A stretch of 35,163 bases of DNA from an uncultured Deferribacteres bacterium (GTDB lineage: Bacteria; Zhuqueibacterota; Zhuqueibacteria; Zhuqueibacterales; Geothermadaptataceae), in NCBI GenBank assembly GCA_964014485.1, contig CAXHAT010000076.1, positions 1-35,163 on the forward strand, read 5' to 3'. The notes beneath the pieces were generated by a model. The model worked only from the letters and a program-made list of their open reading frames with translations. It made no database searches and was not told the origin of the DNA. This document shows positions 1 to 8,040 of this stretch, in pieces (within the stretch, counting starts at the first letter, position 1; each line of letters opens with the position of its first letter). The translations under genes were made by a program, and so were the position numbers.

Positions 1-61
1 GAAACTCTCCGATCTTTGCGTCTCTGCGTTAAGTCACGAGATTGAATGACTGCTCTTGGTT

Positions 62-172
62 AGTTCCGGCTTGTCCGGGTTGGGATGAACAAGATCAACC
101 GGATTATTGGTTCGCAAATTCTTCCATTCGTATGAAATTGTCAAACGATCCTGTTAATCTGGTTGATCCGGT
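62..172. repeat. Degenerate intergenic inverted repeat and possible right end of a MITE-like element that starts outside the window
   Basis: gatcaaccggatta (93-106) pairs with taatctggttgatc (155-168), 13/14. The reverse complement of about 62-84 (cccaacccggacaagccggaac) resembles the AACCTGGATAA terminus of the element at 5178. Confidence 0.35.
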
Positions 173-224
173 CAAAAAAACAAGTGCGGTACAATCCGCG
201 GTTTTGAGCTTTGTCGTCTGGAAT

Positions 225-1292
225 TTATTTGTGAATTGGGGTTTGCTTTTTGGAATTTTCTACTTTCGTCCAAAGCTGCCCACAAGCCGCGTCGATATCC
301 ACGCCCTTGCTCCAGCGAATGGTCACCGGCGCTTCGAGGCGTTTCATTTCGCGGTAGAAACGTTCGATGGTTTCCTTCGGCGGACGCTGAAAGCCGCGAT
401 AGGTTGTGTTGTAAGGAATCAGGTTCACTTTGCAGCGAATCGGAGTGACGAGCCGCGTCAGACGGCGGGCGTCGTCCATCGTATCGTTCACGCCGTCGAG
501 CAGAACGTATTCGAAGGTGACGCGCTCACGGCTGTCTCTCGCGTAGTCACTAACGGCTTTCAGCAGTGACCGAATCGGCCATTTTTTGTTGAGCGGCATG
601 AGTTCGGTGCGCGTTTCGTCGGTCGTGGCATTCAGAGAAATCGCCAGCCGATATTTTCGTTTTTCACTGTGGAATTTTTTGATGGCGGGAATCAAGCCGC
701 TGGTGGAGACCACGATCTGTCGCTTCGAAATATCGAGACCTTCCGGCGCGCTGAGAATGTCCAGCGCCGTCATCATATTTTCGTAATTCAGCATTGGTTC
801 GCCCATGCCCATGACGACGATGTTGGTGATTCGGTCGCCGTATTCGCGCTCGACCGCGAGCACCTGGTCGAGAATTTCTCCGGCTGTTAAATTGCGTTTG
901 ATTCCCATCGCGCCGGTCGCGCAAAATTTACAGTCGATAGGACAGCCGACTTGGGTTGAAACGCACAAAGTCCGTCGATCCCGCTCAAACATTAAAACGC
1001 ATTCGATGCGGTAGTCGTCTTGCAGCTTGAACAAATACTTGCGCGAGTCGTCTTGAGATGACGCTTGCACAAGGTCGAGCGTCATGGCGTTCATTTGCGC
1101 GGCGTCTTTGAGCTTTTCACGAAACGCTTTTGGCAGATCGGTCATCTCATCGAAAGCCGCCGCCTTGCGATGATACATCCAGCGAAAAAGCTGCTGCGCG
1201 CGATAACGCGGCTCGTTTTGCGCTTCGACGAAAGCTTGCAGCTCCGTAAGATTGAGTCCCTTGAGCTGCGTTTTTGTTTCTGTATTTGTCAT
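225..1292 (-). CDS. rlmN: Dual-specificity 23S rRNA A2503/tRNA C2-methyltransferase RlmN (radical SAM)
   Basis: CxxxCxxC (CPIDCKFC), MGMGEP, C-terminal DIDAACGQL. Start placed at ATG 1292 (MTNTETK); the ORF track extends to 1328. Confidence 0.95.
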   Translation of the reverse strand: MTNTETKTQLKGLNLTELQAFVEAQNEPRYRAQQLFRWMYHRKAAAFDEMTDLPKAFREKLKDAAQMNAMTLDLVQASSQDDSRKYLFKLQDDYRIECVLMFERDRRTLCVSTQVGCPIDCKFCATGAMGIKRNLTAGEILDQVLAVEREYGDRITNIVVMGMGEPMLNYENMMTALDILSAPEGLDISKRQIVVSTSGLIPAIKKFHSEKRKYRLAISLNATTDETRTELMPLNKKWPIRSLLKAVSDYARDSRERVTFEYVLLDGVNDTMDDARRLTRLVTPIRCKVNLIPYNTTYRGFQRPPKETIERFYREMKRLEAPVTIRWSKGVDIDAACGQLWTKVENSKKQTPIHK

Positions 1293-1321
1293 GTTCGATA
1301 TTTGTAAAATCATGTGATTGG

Positions 1322-1406
1322 AAAGCAATTGCCTTTGAATAGGCTTATCATTATCGTCGGGGGAGTTAATCGAAGCTCATCAAAAAATCAAGGGCGAAAT
1401 CGCGAA
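1322..1406 (+). repeat. Degenerate, internally deleted duplicate of the moxR promoter and 5' coding fragment (left copy)
   Basis: 1322-1354 matches 3662-3694 (26/33). 1363-1406 matches 3900-3943 inside moxR (40/44). Confidence 0.85.
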
Positions 1407-1435
1407 AGGCGCTTTGGAGTAAAAGGAACCAGCTT

Positions 1436-2620
1436 GTGTTGACGAGACAGGGAATACGGACGCTGCTAAAGGATGTCGAAGCTGACAATGTGGAGCGGAC
1501 CGTTTCCACTACCGATACAAAAAAAATTTGCGAAGCCATTTGCGCTTTTTCGAACGACCTTCCAGGGAACGGGAAGCCCGGCTACCTTTTTGTGGGCGCC
1601 GAAGATAAAACCGGCAAAATCACGGGCATTGAGGTCACGGATCAATTGCTGCAAAACCTGGCGAGCCATCGTGATTCAGGGCAGATTGTGCCCCTGCCTT
1701 CTCTCACCGTTCAAAAATTTTCATTCACGGAAGGCGAGGTCGCCGTCGTCGAAGTGCGGCCGTCGGACATGCCGCCGGTGCGTTATCGAGGCAGGGTCTG
1801 GATTCGCGTCGGCCCTCGACGAGCCATTGCAAGCGAACAGGAAGAACGCATTCTCACGGAACGGCGCGTACAAAACGCCAAATCTTTTGATTTGCAGCCA
1901 TGCTTCGACTGCGGTCGAGATCAAGTCGTGCATGCTCTTTTCGAAGATTATCGCAATGCCGCTGTTGCACCAGAAATTATTGAGGCGAATGATCGCGAGG
2001 CCTTTCAACAAATGGCGGCGCTGGGTTTGTGGGACATGCGACATGATTGCGCGACTTATGCGGGCGTTTTGCTTTGTTCCGAATCGCCGCAGAATTGGCT
2101 GCCGGGCGCCTACATTCAATTCGTCCGCTTTGAAGGAACCGGTTTGGAATCGGATGTTTTGGATGAACGCACGTTCACGGGCGATTTGCTCACGATGCTG
2201 CGTGAGTTGGACGCTTTTCTTAAAACGCTGTTTCCGTCGCGTCCCGTCCCTGCCTCCGCGCTCAGAGAAAAGCAGGTGACGCCATACCCGCAATGGGCGA
2301 TTCGCGAACTGCTCATGAACGCGGTCATGCACCGTGATTATCAGTCTAACGCGCCGATTCGTTTTTATTGGTTTTCTGATCACATCGAGATTCAAAATCC
2401 TGGCGGACTTTATGGGGCGGCTGCGAATTTCCCCAACCAGAACGACTATCGTAATCCCAAAATCGCCGAGGCGATGAAAAATCTGGCTTTCGTCAATCGC
2501 TTCGGGCGCGGCGTTGCAACAGCGCAGAGCGTGCTGCAAAAAAACGGCAATCCGCCGGCCGAATTCACCATTGATAACCCCAATTACTTCCTTGCGGTTA
2601 TCCCGGAGGCCAAGCAGTGA
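1436..2620 (+). CDS. Schlafen/AlbA_2 domain + HATPase_c_4-like domain protein
   Basis: N-terminal EADNVERT...ICAFSN...GYLFVG..D AlbA_2 pattern. C-terminal YP..AIRELLMNAVMHRDY...IEIQNPGGL...RNPKIA...GRG pattern. GTG start with upstream AAAGGA. No C-terminal wHTH seen. Confidence 0.85.
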   Translation: MLTRQGIRTLLKDVEADNVERTVSTTDTKKICEAICAFSNDLPGNGKPGYLFVGAEDKTGKITGIEVTDQLLQNLASHRDSGQIVPLPSLTVQKFSFTEGEVAVVEVRPSDMPPVRYRGRVWIRVGPRRAIASEQEERILTERRVQNAKSFDLQPCFDCGRDQVVHALFEDYRNAAVAPEIIEANDREAFQQMAALGLWDMRHDCATYAGVLLCSESPQNWLPGAYIQFVRFEGTGLESDVLDERTFTGDLLTMLRELDAFLKTLFPSRPVPASALREKQVTPYPQWAIRELLMNAVMHRDYQSNAPIRFYWFSDHIEIQNPGGLYGAAANFPNQNDYRNPKIAEAMKNLAFVNRFGRGVATAQSVLQKNGNPPAEFTIDNPNYFLAVIPEAKQ

Positions 2621-3609
2621 AAACAATCGCATTTTTCAACAACAAGGGCGGCGTCGGCACAACGACGCTGGTCTATCATTTGGCCTGGATGTTGGCGGAG
2701 TTGGAGCATAAAGTGCTCGCCGCCGATCTCGATCCGCAAGCTAATCTGACAAGTATGTTTTTGGCGGACGAACGTCTGGAGGAGATTTGGGCTGATGACG
2801 CCGACCGTCTGAGCTTTTTGCCGTCCGTCACGCCGATTTTGGAAGGCGTCGGAGACGTTTCCCCGGCGCATACGGAAAAGATTCTGCCGAATTTGCACCT
2901 GATTCCCGGCGATCTCGGTTTATCCATTTTCGAAGATAAGCTCTCGGACAGTTGGCCTCGGTGCTTGGATAATGATCCGGCTGCGTTTCGCGTTATGTCC
3001 GCCTTTTATCGCATTATTCTCGAGGCGGCGGAAAAGCTTGACGCCAATGTTGTGCTCATTGACGTCGGTCCAAATCTTAGCGTTTTGAATCGATCTGTAC
3101 TGATTTCGGCGAATTATTTTGTTACGCCCCTTGCGCCCGATCTCTATTCTTTGCAAGGTCTGAAAAACCTGGGGCCGACTTTGAAACAATGGCGCTCCGG
3201 TTGGAAGAAACGGCTTGGGCAGAAACCAGAAAACTTACAGATTCCGCTTCCGGAAGGCGGCATGTCCCCCGCGGGTTATATCATCATGCAGCATGTCGAA
3301 CGCAAAAGCCGCCCCGTTCTTTCTTATCGTAAATGGGTGGACAGAATACCCGGGACATACCGGAAATACGTTCTTGAACAGAGTGAGAAATTGGATTTTA
3401 AAGAAGATGATCCGAACAGGATCGGGTTGGTGCGCCATTATCAGAGCCTTATGCCTATGGCGCAGGAAGCGAGAAAGCCAATTTTTATGCTCAAACCGGC
3501 GGACGGCGCAATAGGCGCGCACGCACAAAGCGTGAGAAAGTGCTATATAGAATTTCAGCGAATGGCGGAATCTTTGGTGGAGAGAACGTCTCATAAGTCT
3601 GAGCTATAA
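2617..3609 (+). CDS. ParA/MinD (AAA_31/CbiA) family ATPase with an altered Walker A motif
   Basis: NNKGGVGTTT, DLDPQANLT, LIDVGPNL. GTGA 4-bp overlap with the upstream gene. Confidence 0.88.
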   Translation: MKTIAFFNNKGGVGTTTLVYHLAWMLAELEHKVLAADLDPQANLTSMFLADERLEEIWADDADRLSFLPSVTPILEGVGDVSPAHTEKILPNLHLIPGDLGLSIFEDKLSDSWPRCLDNDPAAFRVMSAFYRIILEAAEKLDANVVLIDVGPNLSVLNRSVLISANYFVTPLAPDLYSLQGLKNLGPTLKQWRSGWKKRLGQKPENLQIPLPEGGMSPAGYIIMQHVERKSRPVLSYRKWVDRIPGTYRKYVLEQSEKLDFKEDDPNRIGLVRHYQSLMPMAQEARKPIFMLKPADGAIGAHAQSVRKCYIEFQRMAESLVERTSHKSEL

Positions 3610-3668
3610 AGACATTTCCACAAATCTGAAACTTGCCATTTTTGCGTGAGAGAGAGCGGGAAAAGCGA

Positions 3669-3697
3669 TTGCCTTTCAAACGGGTTATCGCTATGTT
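3669..3697 (+). promoter_or_regulatory. Putative sigma70-type promoter of moxR (duplicated near 1329-1354)
   Basis: TTGCCT, 17 bp spacer, TATGTT. The related left copy also has TTGCCT followed by a TAT-containing -10-like segment. Confidence 0.4.
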
Positions 3698-3863
3698 TTC
3701 GCCTTCTCGTGAAACGCGAAATGCGCCCAGATTGTCCATTCAGGAGGAATCTATTTTGCATTACCTACGGGCAAAATAGATTCCTCCTGAATGACAGGTT
3801 GGAGCGTGTCTACCGTTCGAAAAATTTCAGTTCACAATCACAGCGAACCAACCGGAATCGTTC

Positions 3864-4859
3864 ATGGAATCGAAAAAGGGCGACGTTGCCGCCGTCGAAG
3901 AGTTAAACGAAGCGTATCAAAAAATCAAGGACGAAATCGCGAAGGTCATCATCGGGCAGGAAACGATCATCAACCAAATGTTGATCTCGCTGCTCGCGCG
4001 CGGCCACTGTTTGCTGGTCGGCGTCCCAGGTCTGGCGAAAACCTTGATTATCAGCACGTTGGCGCGCGTGCTCGATCTGAAATTCAGCCGCATTCAATTC
4101 ACGCCGGATTTGATGCCTTCGGATATTACCGGTACGGAAATTATCGAAGAGGATCGAACCGTTGGCGGGAAAGCTTTCAAATTCGTCAAAGGGCCGGTGT
4201 TCGCGAACATGGTTTTGGCCGATGAGATCAACCGTACGCCGCCGAAAACGCAAGCCGCTCTTTTGCAAGCCATGCAAGAGCACGAGGTGACCGCCGCCGG
4301 GACAACCTATAAATTGGAAGAGCCTTTTTTCGTACTTGCGACGCAAAATCCCATCGAACAGGAAGGCACCTACCCGTTGCCGGAAGCGCAGCTTGACCGT
4401 TTCATGTTCAATCTCTGGGTCGATTATCCGACTTACGAAGAAGAAAAAACGATCGTCAAATCGACGACCGGTGCATACACCGCTGAATTGCAAAAGGTTC
4501 TTGAGCCGCAACAAATCATCGATTTGCAAGACCTCGTCCGCCGCGTTCCGGTCGCGGACAATATTGTTGATTTTGCGGTAAAATTGGTTCGCCAAAGCCG
4601 CCCAAACTCTGAGGACGCACCGAAATTCGTGAAAGACATGACGCATTGGGGCGCCGGGCCGCGGGCGTCGCAATTTCTCGTTTTGGGCGCAAAAACACGC
4701 GCCGTTCTGGACGGCCGCCCGACGCCGGACATCGACGACGTTCGCGAAGTCGCCGTGCCCGTGCTGCGCCATCGGGTCGTAACGAATTTTAATGCTGAAG
4801 CGGAAGGCGTTTCTTCGGTGGATGTGATTAAGCGTTTGTTGGAAGAGACGAAAATTTAA
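3864..4859 (+). CDS. moxR: MoxR family AAA+ ATPase
   Basis: GVPGLAKT, RIQFTPDLMPSD, DEINR, ATQNPIEQEGTYPLPEAQLDRF. Confidence 0.95.
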   Translation: MESKKGDVAAVEELNEAYQKIKDEIAKVIIGQETIINQMLISLLARGHCLLVGVPGLAKTLIISTLARVLDLKFSRIQFTPDLMPSDITGTEIIEEDRTVGGKAFKFVKGPVFANMVLADEINRTPPKTQAALLQAMQEHEVTAAGTTYKLEEPFFVLATQNPIEQEGTYPLPEAQLDRFMFNLWVDYPTYEEEKTIVKSTTGAYTAELQKVLEPQQIIDLQDLVRRVPVADNIVDFAVKLVRQSRPNSEDAPKFVKDMTHWGAGPRASQFLVLGAKTRAVLDGRPTPDIDDVREVAVPVLRHRVVTNFNAEAEGVSSVDVIKRLLEETKI

Positions 4860-4897
4860 AACTTGCTCACCGCCCAATTTAAATAACGAGCAGTACC

Positions 4898-5152
4898 ATG
4901 ACTGACCGACTTGTCATTGAATATCCTGCAACTTTGCCCGACATCTTGCAAGAATCTCGCGAGCAATTCGAACAAGAAGCCAGAATGGCGATGGCGGTAA
5001 AGCTTTTTGAAATGAAGAGGCTGTCTTCAGGAATGGCGGCGAAGCTTGCCGGGATCGACCGAGTTTCGTTTCTTCTCCGTTTGCATCAATTTGGCGTTGC
5101 TATGATTGATTTGGACGAAGACGAAATCTCGCAGGATATTCAGAATGTCTGA
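4898..5152 (+). CDS. UPF0175 family protein (predicted HTH antitoxin)
   Basis: 84 aa with the AVKLFEMKRLSSGMAAKLAGIDRVSFL..L...GV signature. Confidence 0.85.
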   Translation: MTDRLVIEYPATLPDILQESREQFEQEARMAMAVKLFEMKRLSSGMAAKLAGIDRVSFLLRLHQFGVAMIDLDEDEISQDIQNV

Positions 5153-5177
5153 GTAAAAAGCTTACAGATTTAGCCTT

Positions 5178-5370
5178 AACCTGGATAATTCACAGATAAT
5201 TCACAGATAATTCACAGATAATTCACAGATAATTCACAAACGTCATTCCCGCGCAGGCGGGAATCCAGGAAAATCAACGACTTAGGTGCAATTCTGGATA
5301 CCCGCCTGCGCGGGTATGACATTTGGGGGGATTTGAGCGCAAGGTAACAGTTTTGTGAATTATCCAGGTT
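5178..5370. mobile_element. MITE-like element with terminal inverted repeats enclosing a palindromic REP/dRS3-like doublet
   Basis: Left end aacctggataattcaca (5178-5194); right end tttgtgaattatccaggtt (5352-5370). Internal arms at 5242-5268 and 5294-5320. Confidence 0.8.
5184..5238. repeat. Perfect tandem repeat (GATAATTCACA)x5
   Basis: Five exact 11-bp units, derived from the left TIR. Confidence 0.97.
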
Positions 5371-5399
5371 GGATAAAGCCGGAGAAAAATAGAACACAT

Positions 5400-6320
5400 A
5401 TGAACTCCCAATCATCCCGCCAGGACGTTTACAAGAAATATCTCAATCCCACGGTTGTTTCCCGGCTTTCGAGCATGGAGTTGCGCGCCAAATTGGTGGT
5501 GGAAGGCTTCATGGCGGGCTTGCACAAAAGCCCGTACCACGGCTTTTCCGTCGAATTTGCCGAGCACCGCCAGTACATGCCCGGCGATGATTTGAAGCAC
5601 GTCGATTGGAAAGTCTACGGCAAGACCGATCGCTACTACGTCAAGCAATTTGAAGAAGAGACCAATCTAAAAGCGCACATTTTGCTGGATTGCTCAGGCT
5701 CGATGGCCTACGGCAGCGGCGAAGTCAGCAAATTTCAATACGCCTCCTATCTCGCTTCAGCGATTATTTATTTACTGGTAAAGCAGCGCGACGCCGCCGG
5801 TTTGGTGACCTTCGACGAGAATATTCAACGCTACCTGCCGCCGCGCTCCGTCGCGACCTATCTGCCGGTTTTGCTTTCAGAGCTTGAAAATACGGAAACG
5901 TCAAAATCGACCGACATTGCCGCGACTTTGCACGAGATCGCCGAGCGCATCAAAAGGCGCGGACTGGTGTTGGTTTTTTCGGATTTTTTCGATCAGAACA
6001 TCGACGGCGTAATTCAGGGGTTGAAGCATTTCCGCCATCGCAACCACGAAGTGCTGGTTTTTCAGGTTTTGGATGTGATGGAATCGACTTTCGCCTTTAA
6101 GGACGACACGATTTTCGAGGATTTGGAAACGCAGGAAAAAATGAGCACGCAGCCCGCACAGATTCGCGCCGAGTACCGCAAGCTCATGCAGCAATTCATC
6201 CGCAGAATTCAGAAATCCTGTCGCGAAAACAATATCGATCACGTGCTTCTGACCACGGAAACGCCCTATGATCTGGCCTTGTCGCAATTCTTACAAAAGC
6301 GGAAACGCGTCGGCGGATAG
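5400..6320 (+). CDS. DUF58 domain protein (MoxR-associated, vWA-like)
   Basis: G.H.S...G.SVEFAEHRQYMPGDDLKHVDWK, LDCSGSM. ATG 5400 chosen because the upstream extension runs into the MITE. Confidence 0.93.
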   Translation: MNSQSSRQDVYKKYLNPTVVSRLSSMELRAKLVVEGFMAGLHKSPYHGFSVEFAEHRQYMPGDDLKHVDWKVYGKTDRYYVKQFEEETNLKAHILLDCSGSMAYGSGEVSKFQYASYLASAIIYLLVKQRDAAGLVTFDENIQRYLPPRSVATYLPVLLSELENTETSKSTDIAATLHEIAERIKRRGLVLVFSDFFDQNIDGVIQGLKHFRHRNHEVLVFQVLDVMESTFAFKDDTIFEDLETQEKMSTQPAQIRAEYRKLMQQFIRRIQKSCRENNIDHVLLTTETPYDLALSQFLQKRKRVGG

Positions 6321-6325
6321 ATGTT

Positions 6326-6742
6326 TCAGTCTTCAAATTCAATTTTTTCCAGCTCACACCATTCTCGTAAAGCCGCGCGTTCTTGCTCATTTTCGTACTC
6401 ATGCCATTGTTCAAGCATGCTCCGATCAGCAAGAAACTGTTTGTAACGCCTGTAAGCGCCCCGGTTGCTGAAAAATTCATAAACCTGGTCTACTGATCCC
6501 GGCATAAATTGCGCTGCAAATTTGAATGCAAGGCTGCGGCCAAGCCCGAGGTCATTCTTGTGTGGAATTTCAATATACTTTTCAACGTCGCCAACGTCTT
6601 CGGGAAGTTCTTCTTCGTTATCTCCGTACTCGGTATAATAAAAGATCTTCCCGCTTTCTTTTGATAAGAACGCGCTGTTTTCGCTCGGCGCTCCAAAGCT
6701 TACGTATTCAAAGGCCATTTCAATGTCAGAGAACTTTATCAT
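6326..6742 (-). CDS. UPF0158 family protein
   Basis: FL..ESGKIFY...YIEIP...F...GAYRRYK..L....W.EYE...LREW. GGAGG RBS upstream. Confidence 0.8.
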   Translation of the reverse strand: MIKFSDIEMAFEYVSFGAPSENSAFLSKESGKIFYYTEYGDNEEELPEDVGDVEKYIEIPHKNDLGLGRSLAFKFAAQFMPGSVDQVYEFFSNRGAYRRYKQFLADRSMLEQWHEYENEQERAALREWCELEKIEFED

Positions 6743-6760
6743 GACTTTTCCTCCAAATAA

Positions 6761-6798
6761 AAACGACTCCCTTCAAATACCCGGGAGTCGTTTGTTTT
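6761..6798. terminator. Intrinsic terminator-like hairpin downstream of the GlsB-family gene
   Basis: aaacgactccc / gggagtcgttt stem with A/T-rich flanks. Confidence 0.6.
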
Positions 6799-6820
6799 GG
6801 AATGATTTTTAATGCATCGA

Positions 6821-7063
6821 TCAAGCTTTTTTGAACAGCCCGACGACAAAAAGCAAGATAATCGCGCCGACGACCGCTGCAACAAGCTGCCAAATCAATC
6901 CGCCGCCGCCAACGCCCATTTCTTTGAAGAGCCAGCCGCCAATGAAACCGCCAATAACGCCGACGATAATGTTGCCGATCAATCCGAAACCGCCGCCCTT
7001 CATCATGTTACCGGCAATCCAGCCTGCAGCTGCGCCAATAAGCAGAAACCATAGAAGTTCCAT
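6821..7063 (-). CDS. GlsB/YeaQ/YmgE family stress-response membrane protein
   Basis: 80 aa, Gly-rich and hydrophobic: IGAAAGWIAG..MKG.GFGLIGNIIVGVIG. GGAGGAAGGA RBS. Confidence 0.92.
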   Translation of the reverse strand: MELLWFLLIGAAAGWIAGNMMKGGGFGLIGNIIVGVIGGFIGGWLFKEMGVGGGGLIWQLVAAVVGAIILLFVVGLFKKA

Positions 7064-7242
7064 TTCCTTCCTCCTTCAAAAGTTAATGAAAGACTAAGCC
7101 CGCCGGGAACTCCCGAGACGGGCGGATGATAAAACCGGCGAAAAATTTCTTTTTCGCACGATTTTGAATTCGACTATAATAAGAAACGATAAATTGCAAC
7201 AGTTTTTTCGTGCGAAAGCGAAGAAGCTCAATTCAAACATTC

Positions 7243-7441
7243 ACTACTTGGCACTTTTTATAGCAACTTTTCAAGCGTCTCAAAAAGTCCAAAATTGTCA
7301 TGCTGAAAGCATCTTTTTAGACCTAACCCTTGAACTCTTGGGGAAAATCTGTGCCGGACGCTAACAAAGATTCTAACAGAATGACAATTCGAGGTCTTCT
7401 CGCCAAGTTCAAACGGCAATTTGTAAAAAGTGTCTGGTAGT
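7243..7441. mobile_element. About 200-bp MITE-like element, copy 1 of 2 (other copy 21895-22090)
   Basis: Imperfect TIR actacttggcacttttta / taaaaagtgtctggtagt. Colinear with copy 2 (aattgtcatgctg..agcatcttttt..aacccttgaact..taacaaagattc..gaatgacaa). Confidence 0.85.
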
Positions 7442-7474
7442 AAATTCAAATAACGCATCCCCGCGCTTTTCAAA

Positions 7475-7861
7475 ATGGAAATGAAAACGAAACTTTGGCT
7501 TTGGGCGCCGGCTTTCCTTTGGGCCGCTTTGCTCTTTTTCTTATCATCGATTCCTGACATTCCTACTCCCGACGCCCTGCCCAAAATGAGCGACAAAGCC
7601 GCCCATGTCATTGCTTACATCCCCCTTGGATTTTTCATAATCCGCGCTCTCATCCGAGGGCAAGCGAAAGGCTCAGATCAGAAATTGAGTATTTGGGCGC
7701 AAGGCTTGGGTTCGCTGTATGGAATATCTGATGAAATCCACCAATATTTTGTACCCGGACGCATGGCCGATGTTTTTGACGCCGGAGCTGATGCGGTAGG
7801 CATTTTTATTGGCGTATCGCTCTTCTTTGTTTTAAAAAGTCTTGGGTTTCGCTTTGTGTGA
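7475..7861 (+). CDS. VanZ family membrane protein
   Basis: DKAAH...Y, YGISDEIHQYFVPGR..DVFD..AD..G. Confidence 0.9.
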   Translation: MEMKTKLWLWAPAFLWAALLFFLSSIPDIPTPDALPKMSDKAAHVIAYIPLGFFIIRALIRGQAKGSDQKLSIWAQGLGSLYGISDEIHQYFVPGRMADVFDAGADAVGIFIGVSLFFVLKSLGFRFV

Positions 7862-7888
7862 ATCTGCGGGGAGCATGGCGGACTTTGC

Positions 7889-7917
7889 TTGACATTCCAT
7901 CACGGGTTCGGTATTTT
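7889..7917 (+). promoter_or_regulatory. Putative sigma70 promoter of the ATP-grasp operon
   Basis: TTGACA (7889-7894), 17 bp, TATTTT (7912-7917). Confidence 0.6.
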
Positions 7918-8040
7918 CACGCCGATTTTTTTTCACCCCTGCGCTTGCCTGCCTGAGATAAAATCTTACAGACGAAATACAAGCATTTTTGCCAAAACAA
8001 AGACCTGCGCCAGTTGCGCGCGGATATGGAGAAAATAGAA

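Noticed and set aside
42..569. 175-aa plus-strand ORF
   Set aside because: It overlaps rlmN antisense and intergenic repeats, with no domain features.
2617..3609. Chromosome-partition parA
   Set aside because: No parB or parS seen; the protein is longer than Soj-type ParA and is coupled to a Schlafen-domain gene.
1721..4877. Long alternative-frame ORFs (1721-2632, 3903-4877, also 1473-2279)
   Set aside because: They are shadow frames of well-supported genes and show no recognisable motifs.
5184..5238. Possible CRISPR array
   Set aside because: The 11-bp units are contiguous with no spacers, and no cas genes are in the window.
7249..7264. Sigma54 -24/-12 promoter (tggcactttttatagc)
   Set aside because: GG-to-GC spacing is 11 rather than 10, and the sequence is part of a MITE TIR.
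7164..7611. Small ORFs 7164-7364 and 7258-7611 resembling 21823-22014 and 21895-22137
   Set aside because: The similarity comes from the shared MITE DNA; starts and stops are not conserved.
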